Position numbers and translations under genes: made by a program | Notes under the pieces: generated by a model | The model's input: only the letters and a program-made list of their open reading frames with translations | Database searches by the model: none | Told to the model about the DNA's origin: nothing | Shown here: one piece after another, positions 1 to 13,172 of the stretch | Numbering within the stretch: the stretch's first letter is position 1 | How the letters are laid out: each line of letters begins with the position of its first letter | NCBI GenBank assembly: GCA_964016885.1 | Contig: OZ024742.1 | Location: 86,304,001-86,368,000, forward strand | Direction of reading: 5' to 3' | Origin: Eledone cirrhosa | Lineage: Eukaryota | Length of the DNA: 64,000 nucleotides

Positions 1-1356
1 AAATTCTGGGTAATAAAAAGTAACAGTGAAAGGATGGAAGAGATATTTTATGTTAGTTCTTGCTGTATAATGGTCAAGAATATATGATATCTACACACTA
101 TTGCACGCACAGGATACGCACACGCGCACACAACGACAATATACGATAGCACTGACACCCTCAAAAATAGACATATATATGCGGAAATTACATGTGTATA
201 TAATGAATATCTAGCCATCGTTCCACACATATTTGATGCCTGAAATCTAAACTATAATAAAGTAAGAATAGCGGGATTGCGTACTATTTGTAACTTTTTA
301 TCACCTTAGTAAAATAAGTTGGATTACTTTGAATAAATAATGAACGAATATTACATAATTTATCTACTAACTTTCCTGGCTGTTCATTAAATATATTTTA
401 TTATTTATTTAAAGATTCAATTCTTTATAATTTTCAAATATAAACACTTCCGGCGGTGATCGTTTAAATAAATACTCATATATTTCCGTCACTAATTTGC
501 TCCTAATGCAGTTTATATATAATAACGTCTTTTTAATTCATCATGGATTACATTACTGATTAAATAAGACAGTGTAACACAGTCTTGGTTCAATTTCTGT
601 GTATATTGTCAATTACGATTTTATTTGATGTATCATATCTACATGCATATATACTTGCGTAGAATATCAATATACACACTACACATACTAGCAGAAAACC
701 ACCCGAAAGGTGGTTTTTATGCTAGTTCATATAAAACCGAAATACAGCGGTATTCTAAAAAAAAAAGGGAGGTAACAGAGAGAAATACATGACGAATATT
801 CTCTACTCCTTGAACCGACATGTACTATATGTATAAATGCCACACATACATACAGGCACATACATAGAAGCACTCATACGTATACCTACACATGCAAACA
901 AAATTCGATATAATAGCTTAATTTCAAAAAACGATTCCTCAATAAAATATCAGTCATGATTGTATGATATTTCTAACTATATATAATGAAAGTATTATGA
1001 TACCAGCTCTAGTACAATGAAAGCACTAGGTTAGACGTTTATGGAATTAAACAATGACTTAAAGCCATATTCGGAGTGATTTGAAATAATTCTTAATAGA
1101 AATATATATTAAATATGTTATTGAATTTGAGGCAAACATATCATTTACTGAACATGAGTCTTTCTACTACGATATATGAACTGAAGATTTTTGTGCGTCA
1201 TTTGTTGAACAAACCAAACCACTATTCAGCATGAATCAACAATGCTCATCCCGTTGTGGTGTATATGTCAAGTTATGTGTGCAACGTTTCCTTTTATTGT
1301 ATTCAGTATATTATTTCAGGGAATATGAATTGTTTCGAACATATCAACCGAACATA

Positions 1357-1543
1357 TAATTGTTTCTACTTTTGGCACAAGGCCAGCAATATCCCAGTGT
1401 ATTACTGGTACTTTATTTTATTGACCCCGTAAGGATGAAAGGGAAAGTTAACTTCGGCGGCATTTGAACTCAGTCCGTAAAGGGACGTAACTGTGCTGCA
1501 AAGCATGGCGCCCGACCCTCTACCGATACTGCCAATTCACGCC
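1357..1543 (-). mobile_element. tRNA-derived SINE, Meta-domain-like central region (copy 1 of 3)
   Basis: Minus strand reads A-box-like TGGCAGTATCGG, B-box-like GAGTTCAAATGCC, then CCTTTCATCCTTACGGGGTCAATAAAATAAAGTACCAG. Homologous copies at 54432 and 61621. Confidence 0.8.
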
Positions 1544-1933
1544 ATATAATGAGTATACGTAATTGTACTTACATTCTCAGATTGATTGAGCAGAAATAGA
1601 ATTAATTTCACTCTATCCGTGACCATCTCGTATTTCTCTAAGCATTATTGGTTAGGGTTTGTACTATAATGCAGTTAAATGTGATTTGTGTGCGAGTTAT
1701 CTGTATTTTCTAACATCAGAAACGGCATTGATTCTTGTGTTGTCAAATTTGCAGAACATTTAATTAGTAAAGCTAGTGGAGGATCCGCATAATATTTGGC
1801 ATATTGAAACTATATGAATGTGATATTCCTGGGTTTCGTATGTAATAAATATTCTTAATTATGTGTTTAATATGTATTAAATTCTATTAATTATATTCGG
1901 GCATATCTGAAAAAAAAATCAAATATGTATATT

Positions 1934-1997
1934 TTACGATTGATTAATTCGCACATTACGATTGATTAATTCGCACATTACGATTGATTAATGCGCA
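1934..1997. repeat. 22-bp tandem repeat x3 (TTACGATTGATTAATTCGCACA)
   Basis: Units start at 1934, 1956 and 1978; the third is partial with one mismatch. Confidence 0.9.
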
Positions 1998-4407
1998 TAA
2001 TTCTGCAGGTACACAATTTCCTGTTATTTTGTTCCCGATGGACATATTCTATTTGATTATAGGTTAATTTTCAGTTTGTAACATTGCATACGGTATCTAT
2101 TGAACATACAAATATTTATTTGTCTCCGAAAGAGTCATTCATCCCAGGTTTATTGGAATAAAACTTACCAATAAAAGATGGGTATTTGTTTTATGTTTTA
2201 TGTTATGATTATATATTCATGATTTGTAGCTGTTACATCTGAATATGTTTCGATGTAACTATTGTGTCGTGCTCATGTATTTTAATTGCTTAGAACACGT
2301 GCACAATGCACTCAGATAATCGTTAAATAATTACATGTAAATGGATTACAATGAGTGCTTGCCATGATAACAGTGTTATTTCCTAGGGACAATATATTAG
2401 CTATATTTGTAGGCTTCAAATATTAATTAGCCATCAAGAGAACATATTTTTAAAAAAAAGTGTTGTTGATGCCACTAGAGTATAGGGAATACTTACGTGT
2501 TATTGCCGTTTATCGATTGCAGTATATATGAAGAGCTCAATGAAATCTGCTCCAATACACACTGACAACGTAAAGCGGCATATTTATATGCGGCAGGCAA
2601 GAATATTGACATTGCATTGTTTATCAAATTTGTTATTTAGTTATTAACACTCAGTGAACTTTCGTTTGTAATATGAATTACTGCATGTAGATAAAAAAAA
2701 AGTATCTTTAGAATTCCCTTCCTGAAATATTTCAGCAAAATAAATGAAAAAAAACCACACACATGCATTAATAGACCTTTATTTTCTAAGAGTAATTTCA
2801 GTTTGTATTGAAATAAGTGTGTTAAATATATCTAATTATTATAATGTACGCGTTTGTACAGAAACGCATTTAGACCTATACTGTGTATATCATTTAATTA
2901 CTATTGATTGTTCAAATTATCAATTAAATCTTATCTAAGTTGCTCTTATATTACAAATTTTAAGTAACATCATATGTACCACTAGCAAGATCAATTTTAC
3001 TAGCAATATGTCAATTTCAGTTGTATAACTGTGACGACTCGGAGATTATATTAATATATACTTTCAATTAACTTGTTGGTGAAATATATCCTACAGTTAA
3101 ACATAATATTTATATCATTTAAACCATATTTCATCACAAGGTTATTTGGAGAATGCTTCAATAAACGTCACTATAGATACATTCTTAGCCATTCCAACTA
3201 CACATTGTTCTAAGTACACTTGTCCATTTCAAAAGCTTTTAATTGACTCCGATCAATGTGAATATTACTCTTGCAGCTGAAATATTTACTAATGATTTTT
3301 GTCTCTGAGTTTCTAAAACTGCGTAAGGTAATGTCAAATTCAAACCACGATTCATTTTACATATAACTATTCCAAAGAGTACGAGCACAGTCTGACATTC
3401 CAATTATTTATTGTATAGCTGGCGGTTTTTGTAGAAGCATACGAGAAAGATGAATATTACTGTCGTCTTTACATTCATCAGTTTCATATTTTTCAGGTTA
3501 TTCATATAAATATAAATATTGATTTAATACTACATACACGGTGCAATATCGGGATAAAGGTCTGTCATGTAGTTATGACCACACCAATTGAATTGCTAGA
3601 AATTTTGTATAATCCGCAAATAATTAAAATTCTATTAGATGTGAATACATAGCGTAAACATCATGTAATCTGAAATGTTTTTCTGCAAATTTCAATGTCC
3701 ATATATATATAACCCGTTATTTTATTTGGTCAAAATATTCCGTTCTTAATCAGTACAGAAATGTAACTCCCGATGTGGATTAATATCCAGAATAGAAATA
3801 AGAATGCTGATGAAAATGTTTTTTCGTGTCACATTTTATTGTACCAATTACTAACATCCACTATATTATAATTGAATATTACTTTGCCAAAATATACGCA
3901 CTAAAATAGGGTTTGCAAACATTTAGTATAATTAATTATGCTATTTCAAAATTCCATAATTCGTTCAAACAGTTGATCTAAATGAAAAATATGATACTAT
4001 AGAATAACGTATGAACTTTTCTTAGGTTTATAAATATAATTTGGGTCAAAATAGCCTCGGAATAAGATGGTGTATAACAGTTTTACTCAAAGTCGCAAAA
4101 ATATACGCGAAGATATATAATGTTTAGATAAGATGAATGATGTTTCAACGAATGAATATTTGAAATGAACTCATTTGTTACATTCATTTGCTCTATGAGG
4201 CGATATATTAGATTACCTTTGGGAAACTGTCGTAAGATTTGTTGTGATGTTGATATTATATTGATAAATTTTAAACAATAAATGTCATGAGACACCCGTA
4301 TAATAGAATATGATGAATTGAAGTAGAACAATAATGCGAAATATTTGTATTCTTCATATATAAATCACATGAAAGATATAAAGTCCTAACGGAATAGTAA
4401 TGTGGTA

Positions 4408-4929
4408 CACGTGCAACAAAGCGAATACCCTCCATCAGGCATCTACCATACTCTGAACTCCTTGCTTCCCTGGGCGTGGATACATTGAAGCTCCGACGCC
4501 TGGCAGCTGACTTGGTAAACACTCACAAAATTGTTAACCATCTTGCCAACAACAACCCTGAGTACCTTTTTGATTTCCATATGTCTAACACACGTGGGCA
4601 TGCCCACAAAGTCAGAAAACAGCACAGTTCCCCTGACTTTCGGGAACATTTTTTCATGCTCAGAGTTGGTGAAACATGGAACAAACTACCTGCATCAGTT
4701 GTTAGCTGTCGAGACACTGCATCCTTTAAAACCTCCATGCTTCCCGAGGTTCGCCAACACTACACCTAATGTTCCCCCTCCATACACATACACATATGTA
4801 TATTATGACTCAAATACTATTCACTTCCCTGACATTTGTATATTATTCTATGTACTATACATGCACCTTTGACGAGTTGTAGTGCACCTGAGCACTTTAC
4901 ACAATAATTTCATTATTATTATTATTATT
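4408..4929 (+). mobile_element. 5'-truncated CR1/L2-group LINE, ORF2 C-terminus plus 3' UTR and (ATT)n tail
   Basis: RATKRIP..LPYSE..LG..LKLRRL..TRGH..FF.LRV..WNKLP..SFK is the typical CR1/L2 post-RT C-terminus (ORF 4476-4769); ends in (ATT)n at about 4912-4929. Confidence 0.85.
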
Positions 4930-5147
4930 GAATGCTATGGTTGACGGAGGCTCGGCTCTGTAAGGTATTGTAAATTTTGAACACTATAACAATTGTAAAT
5001 TGTTTAAAACTTTAACGAACTTGTAGACAAAAACACCCTCCTCCTCGTGAGAGGGGTCTTTCTGCCCGTTATTTGGCCCTTCGGGGTTAAATAACTGCTT
5101 ATTGGGGTTTTGTACCCAACATTTATTTTAAACAAAAAAAAAACAAC

Positions 5148-7248
5148 ATGGCTACGAAAAAGAAATTTCATAGGTCACTCCCACTCATTCCGTCTTCTTC
5201 TTCCTCAATCATCACTACAGCAGAGAGAAGATTGTCTCTCTCCCTCCCTTCTTTAAATGTGTCGCTCTCCCTCCCTTCTCTTTCGCAAGCGACGAAAGAA
5301 AAGAAAAGTCTCGTGCAAAGCGTGCAAAGTTTCTCCACGACGACGACGACAGCGACGAAACAAGTGTGCGGGAAATACGAAAACCCAGTTCATTCGTCTG
5401 ACGTCAGGAATAATAGCAGTAGCAGCCGTAATAACAACAGCAACAGTGACAATGAAAACAACAGTAGCAGCCGCAACAGCATCACCAGCAGCATAAACAA
5501 CAACAGCATTAGTAGCAGCAACACCAACAACAACCACAGCAATAGCGGCGGAGGCAGTAGTCGTAGTACCTGCAGCAACAACAAAAGTAACAGCAGCTCT
5601 GACGACAACAACAACAACAGCAGCAAAGAAAAACCAATCTCATTTGCAGGTATTGCGAAAAACTTGGAAACAATCCTCATAACAGGAATTAGAGGAAGCG
5701 AAGAAGATGGTGACAAAGAATGGACACCGAGCAATCTGCAAGGCAGCGGAAAACATTTTCGAAACCCAACAGCACTGTACGGTCACGTACCGTACAGTAA
5801 GTACAAAATCCCGTAGGGTGGAAAGAGCCACAGAGGCCCAAATACAAAAGGCCTTGGGGTCTGTGTGGCAGCGGAAAACGCACATCACCCGAGGCAAAAA
5901 ATATGCCACCGTAGACGTACTTTTTGCCACAACCCAGGAGGCAAAGGCCCAATCCGTAGTGACCCTAAGGAGCGAGGAAATGGTGTTGGTGTCCTCCTAC
6001 TGCGGGCAAAAAATTGTGAGGGTCAAACTGACCCCCCCCCCCCCCCCCGGAATGGCCCCTTCTTGGCTGGCCGCGTCTGTCCTCGTCGGAATCGAGGACA
6101 AAACAACTGTACTACAAGTACAGAAAAAAGTAAGAGAAGATTGGGTCGGCACCTCCATTGAGATGCTAATCCAAACCAACCAGGAGTGCATCGAAGCTAT
6201 CCCGGATGTGATAGACTTCGATAACGGCACTCAACTGCCCATAAGTGTTGATGGAAAACGCCCGAAATGCTTTCGCTGTGGATCGAAGACTCACCTCAGG
6301 GCCTTCTGAAACGAGAAGACCCTGAGAAAGGAGAAAACCCCCCTCCTTCCGAAACCGGCTCCATGGCTACCAGCAACAGGACAAGCGGCAACCAGGAACG
6401 ATAGGTCCGTGGCACCCATACCCACGCCACGGAAATCAAAAACAGCAGCAGCAGTGGAAATATTAACAACAACAACAGCAATACCAAATGCAGCTGCAAC
6501 AGAGACTCCAGTGCAAACATCACCAACAGCAACAAGTGAAAGAGTGGAGCTGGTACCCCTCTCCGACCTCACAGAATCAGACATGGAGTGTGAGGTGGGA
6601 GAGGGATGGCAAAAGGTCGTAAGAAGTCACAAACGCAGAAGCAGCGCATCGTCGCCTTTGAAAAGGGAGGACAGAAATGAGAAAAGGGTAAAGTCTACTG
6701 CAAAGAGACCCACAGCAGCAACACCACCAACACCATCACCACCCACTCTAGCACCACCATCACCACCGGCGACAACCCCACCGCCAACAACACCTTCAAC
6801 ACCACCACCACAAGCACCAAGATCGCAAACACAACAACAAAACACACACACCCAGCAACAACGACAAGAAAATAGCAGAACCACACCCCACCCCCAGAAA
6901 AACAAATGCACGGCAATAAATACACACAACAAGAAACTAATGACTTACATAGTTGAACACACAGACATTTCACAACACGACTACATAATACCAGCACCAA
7001 TCAAAACGCCAACTAACATAAGACTGCTAAAAATAGCACAGAAACAATACACAAACATTAAAACGAAATTCCCCAACGCAGTTGGTGATTTCAGGGACCT
7101 AGGAAGAACTATCAATCGAAGAGTATATTCAGACATTCTCTTAGAAGAGCCGACGACCAGCCGAAGGGACGATTGTAGGGTCCCTTCACCAGACGATCAA
7201 GTGAAAAGGGATGTAAAAACGATCCCTCCTCTACCAAAAGTACGGTAA
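5148..7248 (+). pseudogene. Tx1-A ORF1 (gag-like), disrupted by frameshift and stop
   Basis: ORF pieces 5148-5816, 5707-6309 and 6409-7248. Ser/Asn-rich N-terminus, putative RRM-like region, zinc knuckle CFRCGSKTHLRAF(C>stop), Pro/Thr-rich linker. Confidence 0.8.
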
Positions 7249-7283
7249 GTGGTCTTTCCCATCTTTTCCACTCTATTGTAAAC

Positions 7284-10200
7284 ATGACCTCACTCAGAAT
7301 AGGCAGCATAAATGCGCGTAGCTTGGGGTCGTCATGGAAGCAGGGTCACCTGCTCAACGACCTCAGGTCACTAAACATAGATGTAGTGGCCATCAGCGAG
7401 ACCAGAATCTCCGAAGCACGGGCCTTCGCACCGATCTTCGGCGGCTACGATGTGTACGCATCTCCCAGCCGTCCTGGATCGGGGGGAGGAGTTGCTGTGC
7501 TTTTTCGGAGAGATTTGGATCTCGCCATACGGGCCATCTTCCTGGACCCAGAGGGTAAGCTGGTGGTGCTGGACGTGACCAGCGGAGACGGGCAAGCTTT
7601 CAGGCTAGTGGCCGTCTATGCCCCGACAGGAGCAGGGCAGCCTGATTTCTTCCGGCGTCTGGAGACCTTTCTTGGAACGTCCCGCTCTTTAGTGTTAGTG
7701 GGCGACTGGAACGGGATCTTAGATGCACGCTGGGACTGTGTGGGATTAACGGATAGGGGTGGAGGGTGCAAGAGCCTCACCAACCTGCTCAGGCGTTTTG
7801 AACTGTCTGACAGGTACCGATTGGATTTCCCGAATGTGCCAATGTGGACTTGGAGAAATCGCATAGGGTCATCCAGATCATATCTAGATAGAGTATTTTG
7901 TAGGGAAATAGATAGGTCTAGCATAGGCTGTCCACAATTCAAGATAGTCAGCTACACGGACCACAACTTCGTGATCTGTGTGCTTGACTTAGATAGGCTT
8001 CATAGACGAGGACCCGGCTACTGGAAGCTAAACGCGTCCTTACCAGCGCGCAAGGCCTACAGTGACCAGATTAGCGAACTAGTTAAGCGGGCGTTGACGG
8101 GGGCCATCGTCAACAACAAGTGGTGGTTTGCTCTGAAAAGAGCGATTAGAATAGAATCGATTAGGTTTAGTAAGGCTTTAGCAATAGAGCAAAATAGAGC
8201 AGAGGGAGAACTAGTTAGAAAATTAAACGAGGCGCTTAGCAAAGGCATTGCGACCGACGTGCTTGCGGCGAAATTGGCCCTTGACCAATTCTTCAATGCA
8301 AAGCACGAAGGCTGCGTTGTCAGAGCAAGGGTGCGTGCTCTCAGACACGAGGGGACGAAAGCCGTTCAATGGGCCCGAGTGGCGGAGGCGCGTCGTGGAA
8401 CCAAAGCCACGATCCGGTCTTTGGTGGACCACGACGGGCGCATGCTACTCGATCCCGGGCAAATGTGTGAAGCTTTTCAGCGACACTTCGCTCAGCTGTT
8501 CGGGGGCAGCGGTGCGCCGGGTCGAGGGATGGACTTTAGTGTCTACCTAGACGGACTGCCGCGGCTCTCGGCCACTGAGGCGAAGTGTTGCGAAAAGCCG
8601 ATAACAGCAGCTGAAGTAAGGGAGGCAATGACTGGCTGCACAAGGGGTAAATCGCCTGGTTTGGATGGTCTGCCCTATGAACTTTAGGTACAGATGCCAG
8701 ACTTGTTCGGAGGCCTCTTGGCGGACGTCTACTGCAACTGGCAACAGAACGGGAGAATTCCCAGTTCTGTGAGCCGAGGAGCGGTGGCACTGCTGAGAAA
8801 GGATCCGAACAAGGGGGATAACATAGATAATTTCCGGCCCATAACTCTGCTAAACACAGAGTTCAAGATTTTGGCCAAGGTGCTAGCAAAGAGGTTGGCG
8901 CTTGTCGTTGGTGGTCTGGTGGGAGAGGCGCAGACATGCGCCATTCCCGACAGATCCATCCACGACAACCTCCACCTCATGCGATACATCGTAGAGAGGG
9001 TAGCTAGGGAACCTGGCACGGGTGGGTCCTTGATCAATTTAGATCAGTCAAAAGCTTTCGATAGGGTCGACCATCGTTACCTAGCGGCAGTCCTGATGGC
9101 GGCTGGCTTTGGGCCCGTCTTCAGAGGCTGGATCGCTGCCATGCACAGCGACATCATCTCTGTGGTGAGAGTGAACAGTCACCTGTCGGAACCGTTCAAC
9201 ATCATGCGCTCGGTCCGCCAAGGATGTCCCCTCTCGTCTCTCTTGTACGTATTGACTCTCGAGCCATTACTGCACAAACTGGAGACGTTGAGGGGAGTCC
9301 CGCGCGAACTAGGATGCGGAAGATCCGTGTCATCATATGCGGACGATGTCACCGTAGTGGTGTCGAACGCCAAACACATCGAGGCGATCGGCACTACACT
9401 AAGAGAATACGAAGCGGTGACAGGAGCAATGATCAACCAGGAAAAGTCAGTGGGCCTGCAGATCGGCACCTGGAGAGGCAGGTCCATGCCGTCCAACAGC
9501 GTCGTCGGACGCTGGACGGATGGACCGGTTAAATTGCTAGGTGTCTGGTTCGGTCCAGACCTCCAGGCGGACAAAAACTGGGACGAGGTGACGAGCAGGG
9601 TGGCTTCTCTCACCCAGAAATGGGCGGAGAGGAAGCTATCCCTGAAAGGTCGAGCGGAGGTGGCTAACGCGTACATCGCGTCTGTCATCTGCTACCGCCT
9701 GACCGTCGTACCTTGTCCTAAGCCTCGCCTGACTGCGCTGGAGCGTTTGCTCTTTCGCTTTTTGTGGAAGGGACGCGCTCCGATGGTCAGGCGGTCCATC
9801 TGTTGTCAACACCCGCTACGTGGAGGGCTGGGCATGCCGTGGCTGATGATGCGCAAGCACGCGCTCAGGCTACGACATGTCCACCTCTTCCTCGACGGTG
9901 ATCAGGTGTGGTCGCCGTTTGCTAGACAAGTCTTTCCCCAGCTCGTTTCCTTGACGGAGCTGCAGTCCTGGGTCAAGCGAAGACCGAGAAGGAGCGCCTG
10001 GAGACTGGAATGTCTTCAGGCGCTCACAGCCCTCGACCAATCGGGCAATGTGATCGGTGGAAACTCCACCTCGGCGTTCTATAGAGGATTAGTGGAGGGG
10101 AAGAGCGACGACGTACTTGGGGAAAATCTAGGCGTCGACGAAAATCAACTAGCCAATCTCTTCGGAAGAACTTTCGGGCCAGGGCCTATGGACAACTTCC

Positions 10201-10700
10201 AGAAATCTCTGGCCTGGCAGTGCTACCGAGGAGCCTTGCCAGTTCGGGATAAACTCTACAGGCATGGAGGTGCCGTCAACCGGGCATGTCCTAGATGCGC
10301 GCATGGCGACGAAACCGTCCTGCACGCACTCGTCCAGTGTCCGAAAATTGCTGACTTGTGGGTTTATGTCGAACACCTGCTGTCGCGTTTAGGACGGATC
10401 CGGCTATCATCTGAGTCCATCGTGAGGATTGCCCCGCCCTCCTCCTTTAGCCGGGAAGGGCAGGCAGTTTTTATCTGTCTGGTGGCCAAGAGATAGTATG
10501 GTGGACACGTTTGAAAGGGCTGAAGACGAGCACTTACCTCTTCGGTGATGCTCTGATTGACTTTTTCAAATTTCATTTGAAAAGGAAAATCAGAGTAGAG
10601 AGGGAAGTGCTCTCTTCCCAGCATTTTGTTGAAAGATGGGTGAGAGAAGCAAGAATGGCCCGAGTGAATGGGCCTACTCTGAGTATATATTTGTACATTA
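7284..10700 (+). pseudogene. Tx1-A ORF2: APE endonuclease, reverse transcriptase, C-terminal Cys/His finger
   Basis: SINARSL, ISET, VYAP, GDWN, LDR and TDH endonuclease motifs; PGLDG, FRPITLLN, DQSKAFDRV, VRQGCPLS and YADD RT motifs; CPRC..HALVQC. One in-frame TAG at 8685-8687 and a frameshift near 10490. Confidence 0.93.
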
Positions 10701-11192
10701 AAGGTGGAAAACTGGGAGAGGGTTCTTGCCTTGGTGGTCAGGGTCATTGTGTTTTTTTACTGGGCTTTCTCCACAAATGTCCCTCCGAAGTCTTCCCCCT
10801 ATTGGGGAATTTTTCATTGTTATTTTTTGTTACATCCTCTTTTTGTTTTTTACACGCAGAAATGCCCATTTGTACCGTCCTGTATTGTCCTGTACTGTCC
10901 TTAATGTCTACTTTATGTAAACCCTTGTGGTTAATAAATAAATCATTATTATTATTATTATTATTATATGGCCGCACATGTGTGAAGACAGACAAGTCTG
11001 CGGGGGAAACAGTTCGTAGCTTTAAGCTGTTTTAAAGTGTCTTTTTTTTGTATTTTCTTGTCATTAACGAAACTTAAGGTACACAGAGAGGGATACCTCT
11101 CAATATTCGAGCTTTAAGCCCGAATATTCAGATTTATTTTTAAAATCTTCGAAAAAAAAAAAAAAAAATCGCTTCCCCACCAAAAGAAAATT

Positions 11193-13163
11193 ATGGAAAT
11201 GTTCGACCTTGAAACGGTAAACAACGTTCAGGTCAAAAGTTTAAAGGCAGTCACTGCAGATTTCACCACGACTACGACGGCTACAGTCATGCCTGTCATC
11301 CACTCTACTGAATGTGAAGGCAAAACTAAGAAGCTACCATCACAATATTCTGGCATAGCAGCAGTATCATCTGAAAACGACATCACCACCACCAACACCA
11401 CCACCACAACAACAACAACTCAGAGCAATAACGACAAAAACACCGACAGCTTCAATGTAAACAAGGATGGCGGTGGCAACAGCAAGAATGACAACAACAA
11501 CAATAAGAGCATCAGAAACACCACATTTGCTGCAGCAGCAGCAGCAAAAACAAAGCGCTTATTGAATATCGATATTGATATTAGCGATAAAGACGAACAG
11601 TTAGCCAAAGCGTGGAGGCTAATTAAACGGGAGAAGTCCTGGGCAAACCTGACCATCCCGGACGAGGCAATAGCGGCCATGCAAAGGAGGACGGTGCTCT
11701 TTCGATGTATTTCGGTGCAGACACGAAAAGTGGAACTTGCGAGCCAAGCAGAGGTAGAGGCTGCGTTGGAGTACATCGGAAGTAACATAGAGTACAAAGC
11801 AAGAGGCAAACAGTTCGGTACCATCTCGGTTCTGTTCAAATCCGAGGCCCTCGCTATTAAGCACTCGGTGATCCCCTGCAGAACGGAACGCATTATCATG
11901 CATCCGTCCTATATGGGTAAAAGGACAGTGAAGGTACGCATTCCCAGCATCCTACCAGGAATGAACATATGGTGGCTGCTGGGATGCGTAATCGAGGAGG
12001 GGACAGACACCACCCTCCTGGACATCAAAAGGACAGAGAGAGAAGACTGGTCCGGAATGGATTTGGAGATTCTTCTCCAAATGAAACCGGAGGATATAAA
12101 TAACATCCCAGATTTTGCCCGCCTGCAGGACGGGACAACAATCCAACTCATGATTGACGGAAGAAGGCCACGCTGCTTCGTTTGCGGGGAAGCCACGCAT
12201 CTTCAAGCCTTCTGCCCTCAGCGCAAAAATGCAGGGGGTCGCAAACCTCCTTTGTTGCCAACGCCAGTGTCAGCACGGAAAGCTGCACCACCACCACCAC
12301 CAAAAACAACATCAACAAAAACACGGACACCAACATCAAAAGCAGCCGGATCACCACCAACACCAAAACCAATCCAAGGAGAAAACGAGGAAAGCTCTCC
12401 CACTCCCCCTACCCCCCAACTATATACATAGACAAACAAAAATAAACGCACACACAGACACAGAGACACTCACAGACACAGACCCTTTGTCTTCCAGCAG
12501 CGAAGATGAAGGAAAACCCAAAAGTGCAAAAAAACAGAGAAAACTCACACAAAAAAAAAGCCCCTACAAAACACAAAAACACACACAACAACAAATACAG
12601 ACACCACTAACGCAGACACTTCCCCAATAACATCAGCACCATCAGCAACATCGACACCACCTCCACAATCCCCGAAACGCAAACAACCTAAACAAACACA
12701 AGTACAAATAAACACACAAATACCTGAAATTGCAGACACCACACCTACAACAAACATAGACATACTCGAAACAACACCACCAAAACCATCGCCACCACCT
12801 TCACCAAAACGAAAACAAATAAAACCACACCAACAAAATGTTAAAAACTTCGTGCTTGTCAGAAGGGCCAACGATAAACTGATGGCCCTCTTAGCGCGAA
12901 GCGAGGACATTCAAACAGAGGGGGAGATTTTTGAAATGAGCACATTTTGCGTGCCAGAAGATTTGCTTCTGGTCCGAATGTCACTCAATTCTTTCAAAGA
13001 AATTCGAGAGAGCTTTCCTCAAGACGTGGGAAACCCGAATGTGAAACCCACATCAAGACTTTTAAAGGGGTTCCCAATAGAAACCCCACCAACCATGGAG
13101 GTCGAACCACCCGACCTTCACAAGACCCGGGAGGTAAGTAAACCTTCCCTCTCTCTCTCTTAG
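11193..13163 (+). pseudogene. Tx1-B ORF1 (gag-like), frameshifted
   Basis: ORFs 11193-12431 and 12852-13163. CCHC knuckle CFVCGEATHLQAFC preceded by IPD...DGT.I.L.IDGRRP, aligning with family A IPD...NGT.L.ISVDGKRP. Confidence 0.8.
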
Positions 13164-13172
13164 CTTATCAAT

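Larger units (their letters stand above)
4930..10965 (+). mobile_element. Near full-length L1/Tx1-like LINE, family A, flanked by (ATT)n
   Basis: 5' UTR, ORF1, ORF2 (APE-RT-Zn finger), AATAAA at 10933 and (ATT)n at both ends. Confidence 0.9.

Noticed and set aside
1934-1997. CRISPR-like repeat
   Set aside because: Units are contiguous with no spacers, no cas genes are present and the context is eukaryotic.
1-4400. Possible host exons (e.g. TTTTTCAG at about 3490, short ORFs)
   Set aside because: No coherent exon with recognisable protein similarity; splice-like words are expected by chance in AT-rich DNA.
4958-4972. 5' UTR splice donors AAG/GTATTG (and AAG/GTACAC at 11079)
   Set aside because: Weak consensus, not positionally equivalent between the two families, and no clear acceptor.
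8685-8687. Programmed readthrough of the TAG in Tx1-A ORF2
   Set aside because: Family B has TAC (YELY) at the same position, so it is a point mutation.
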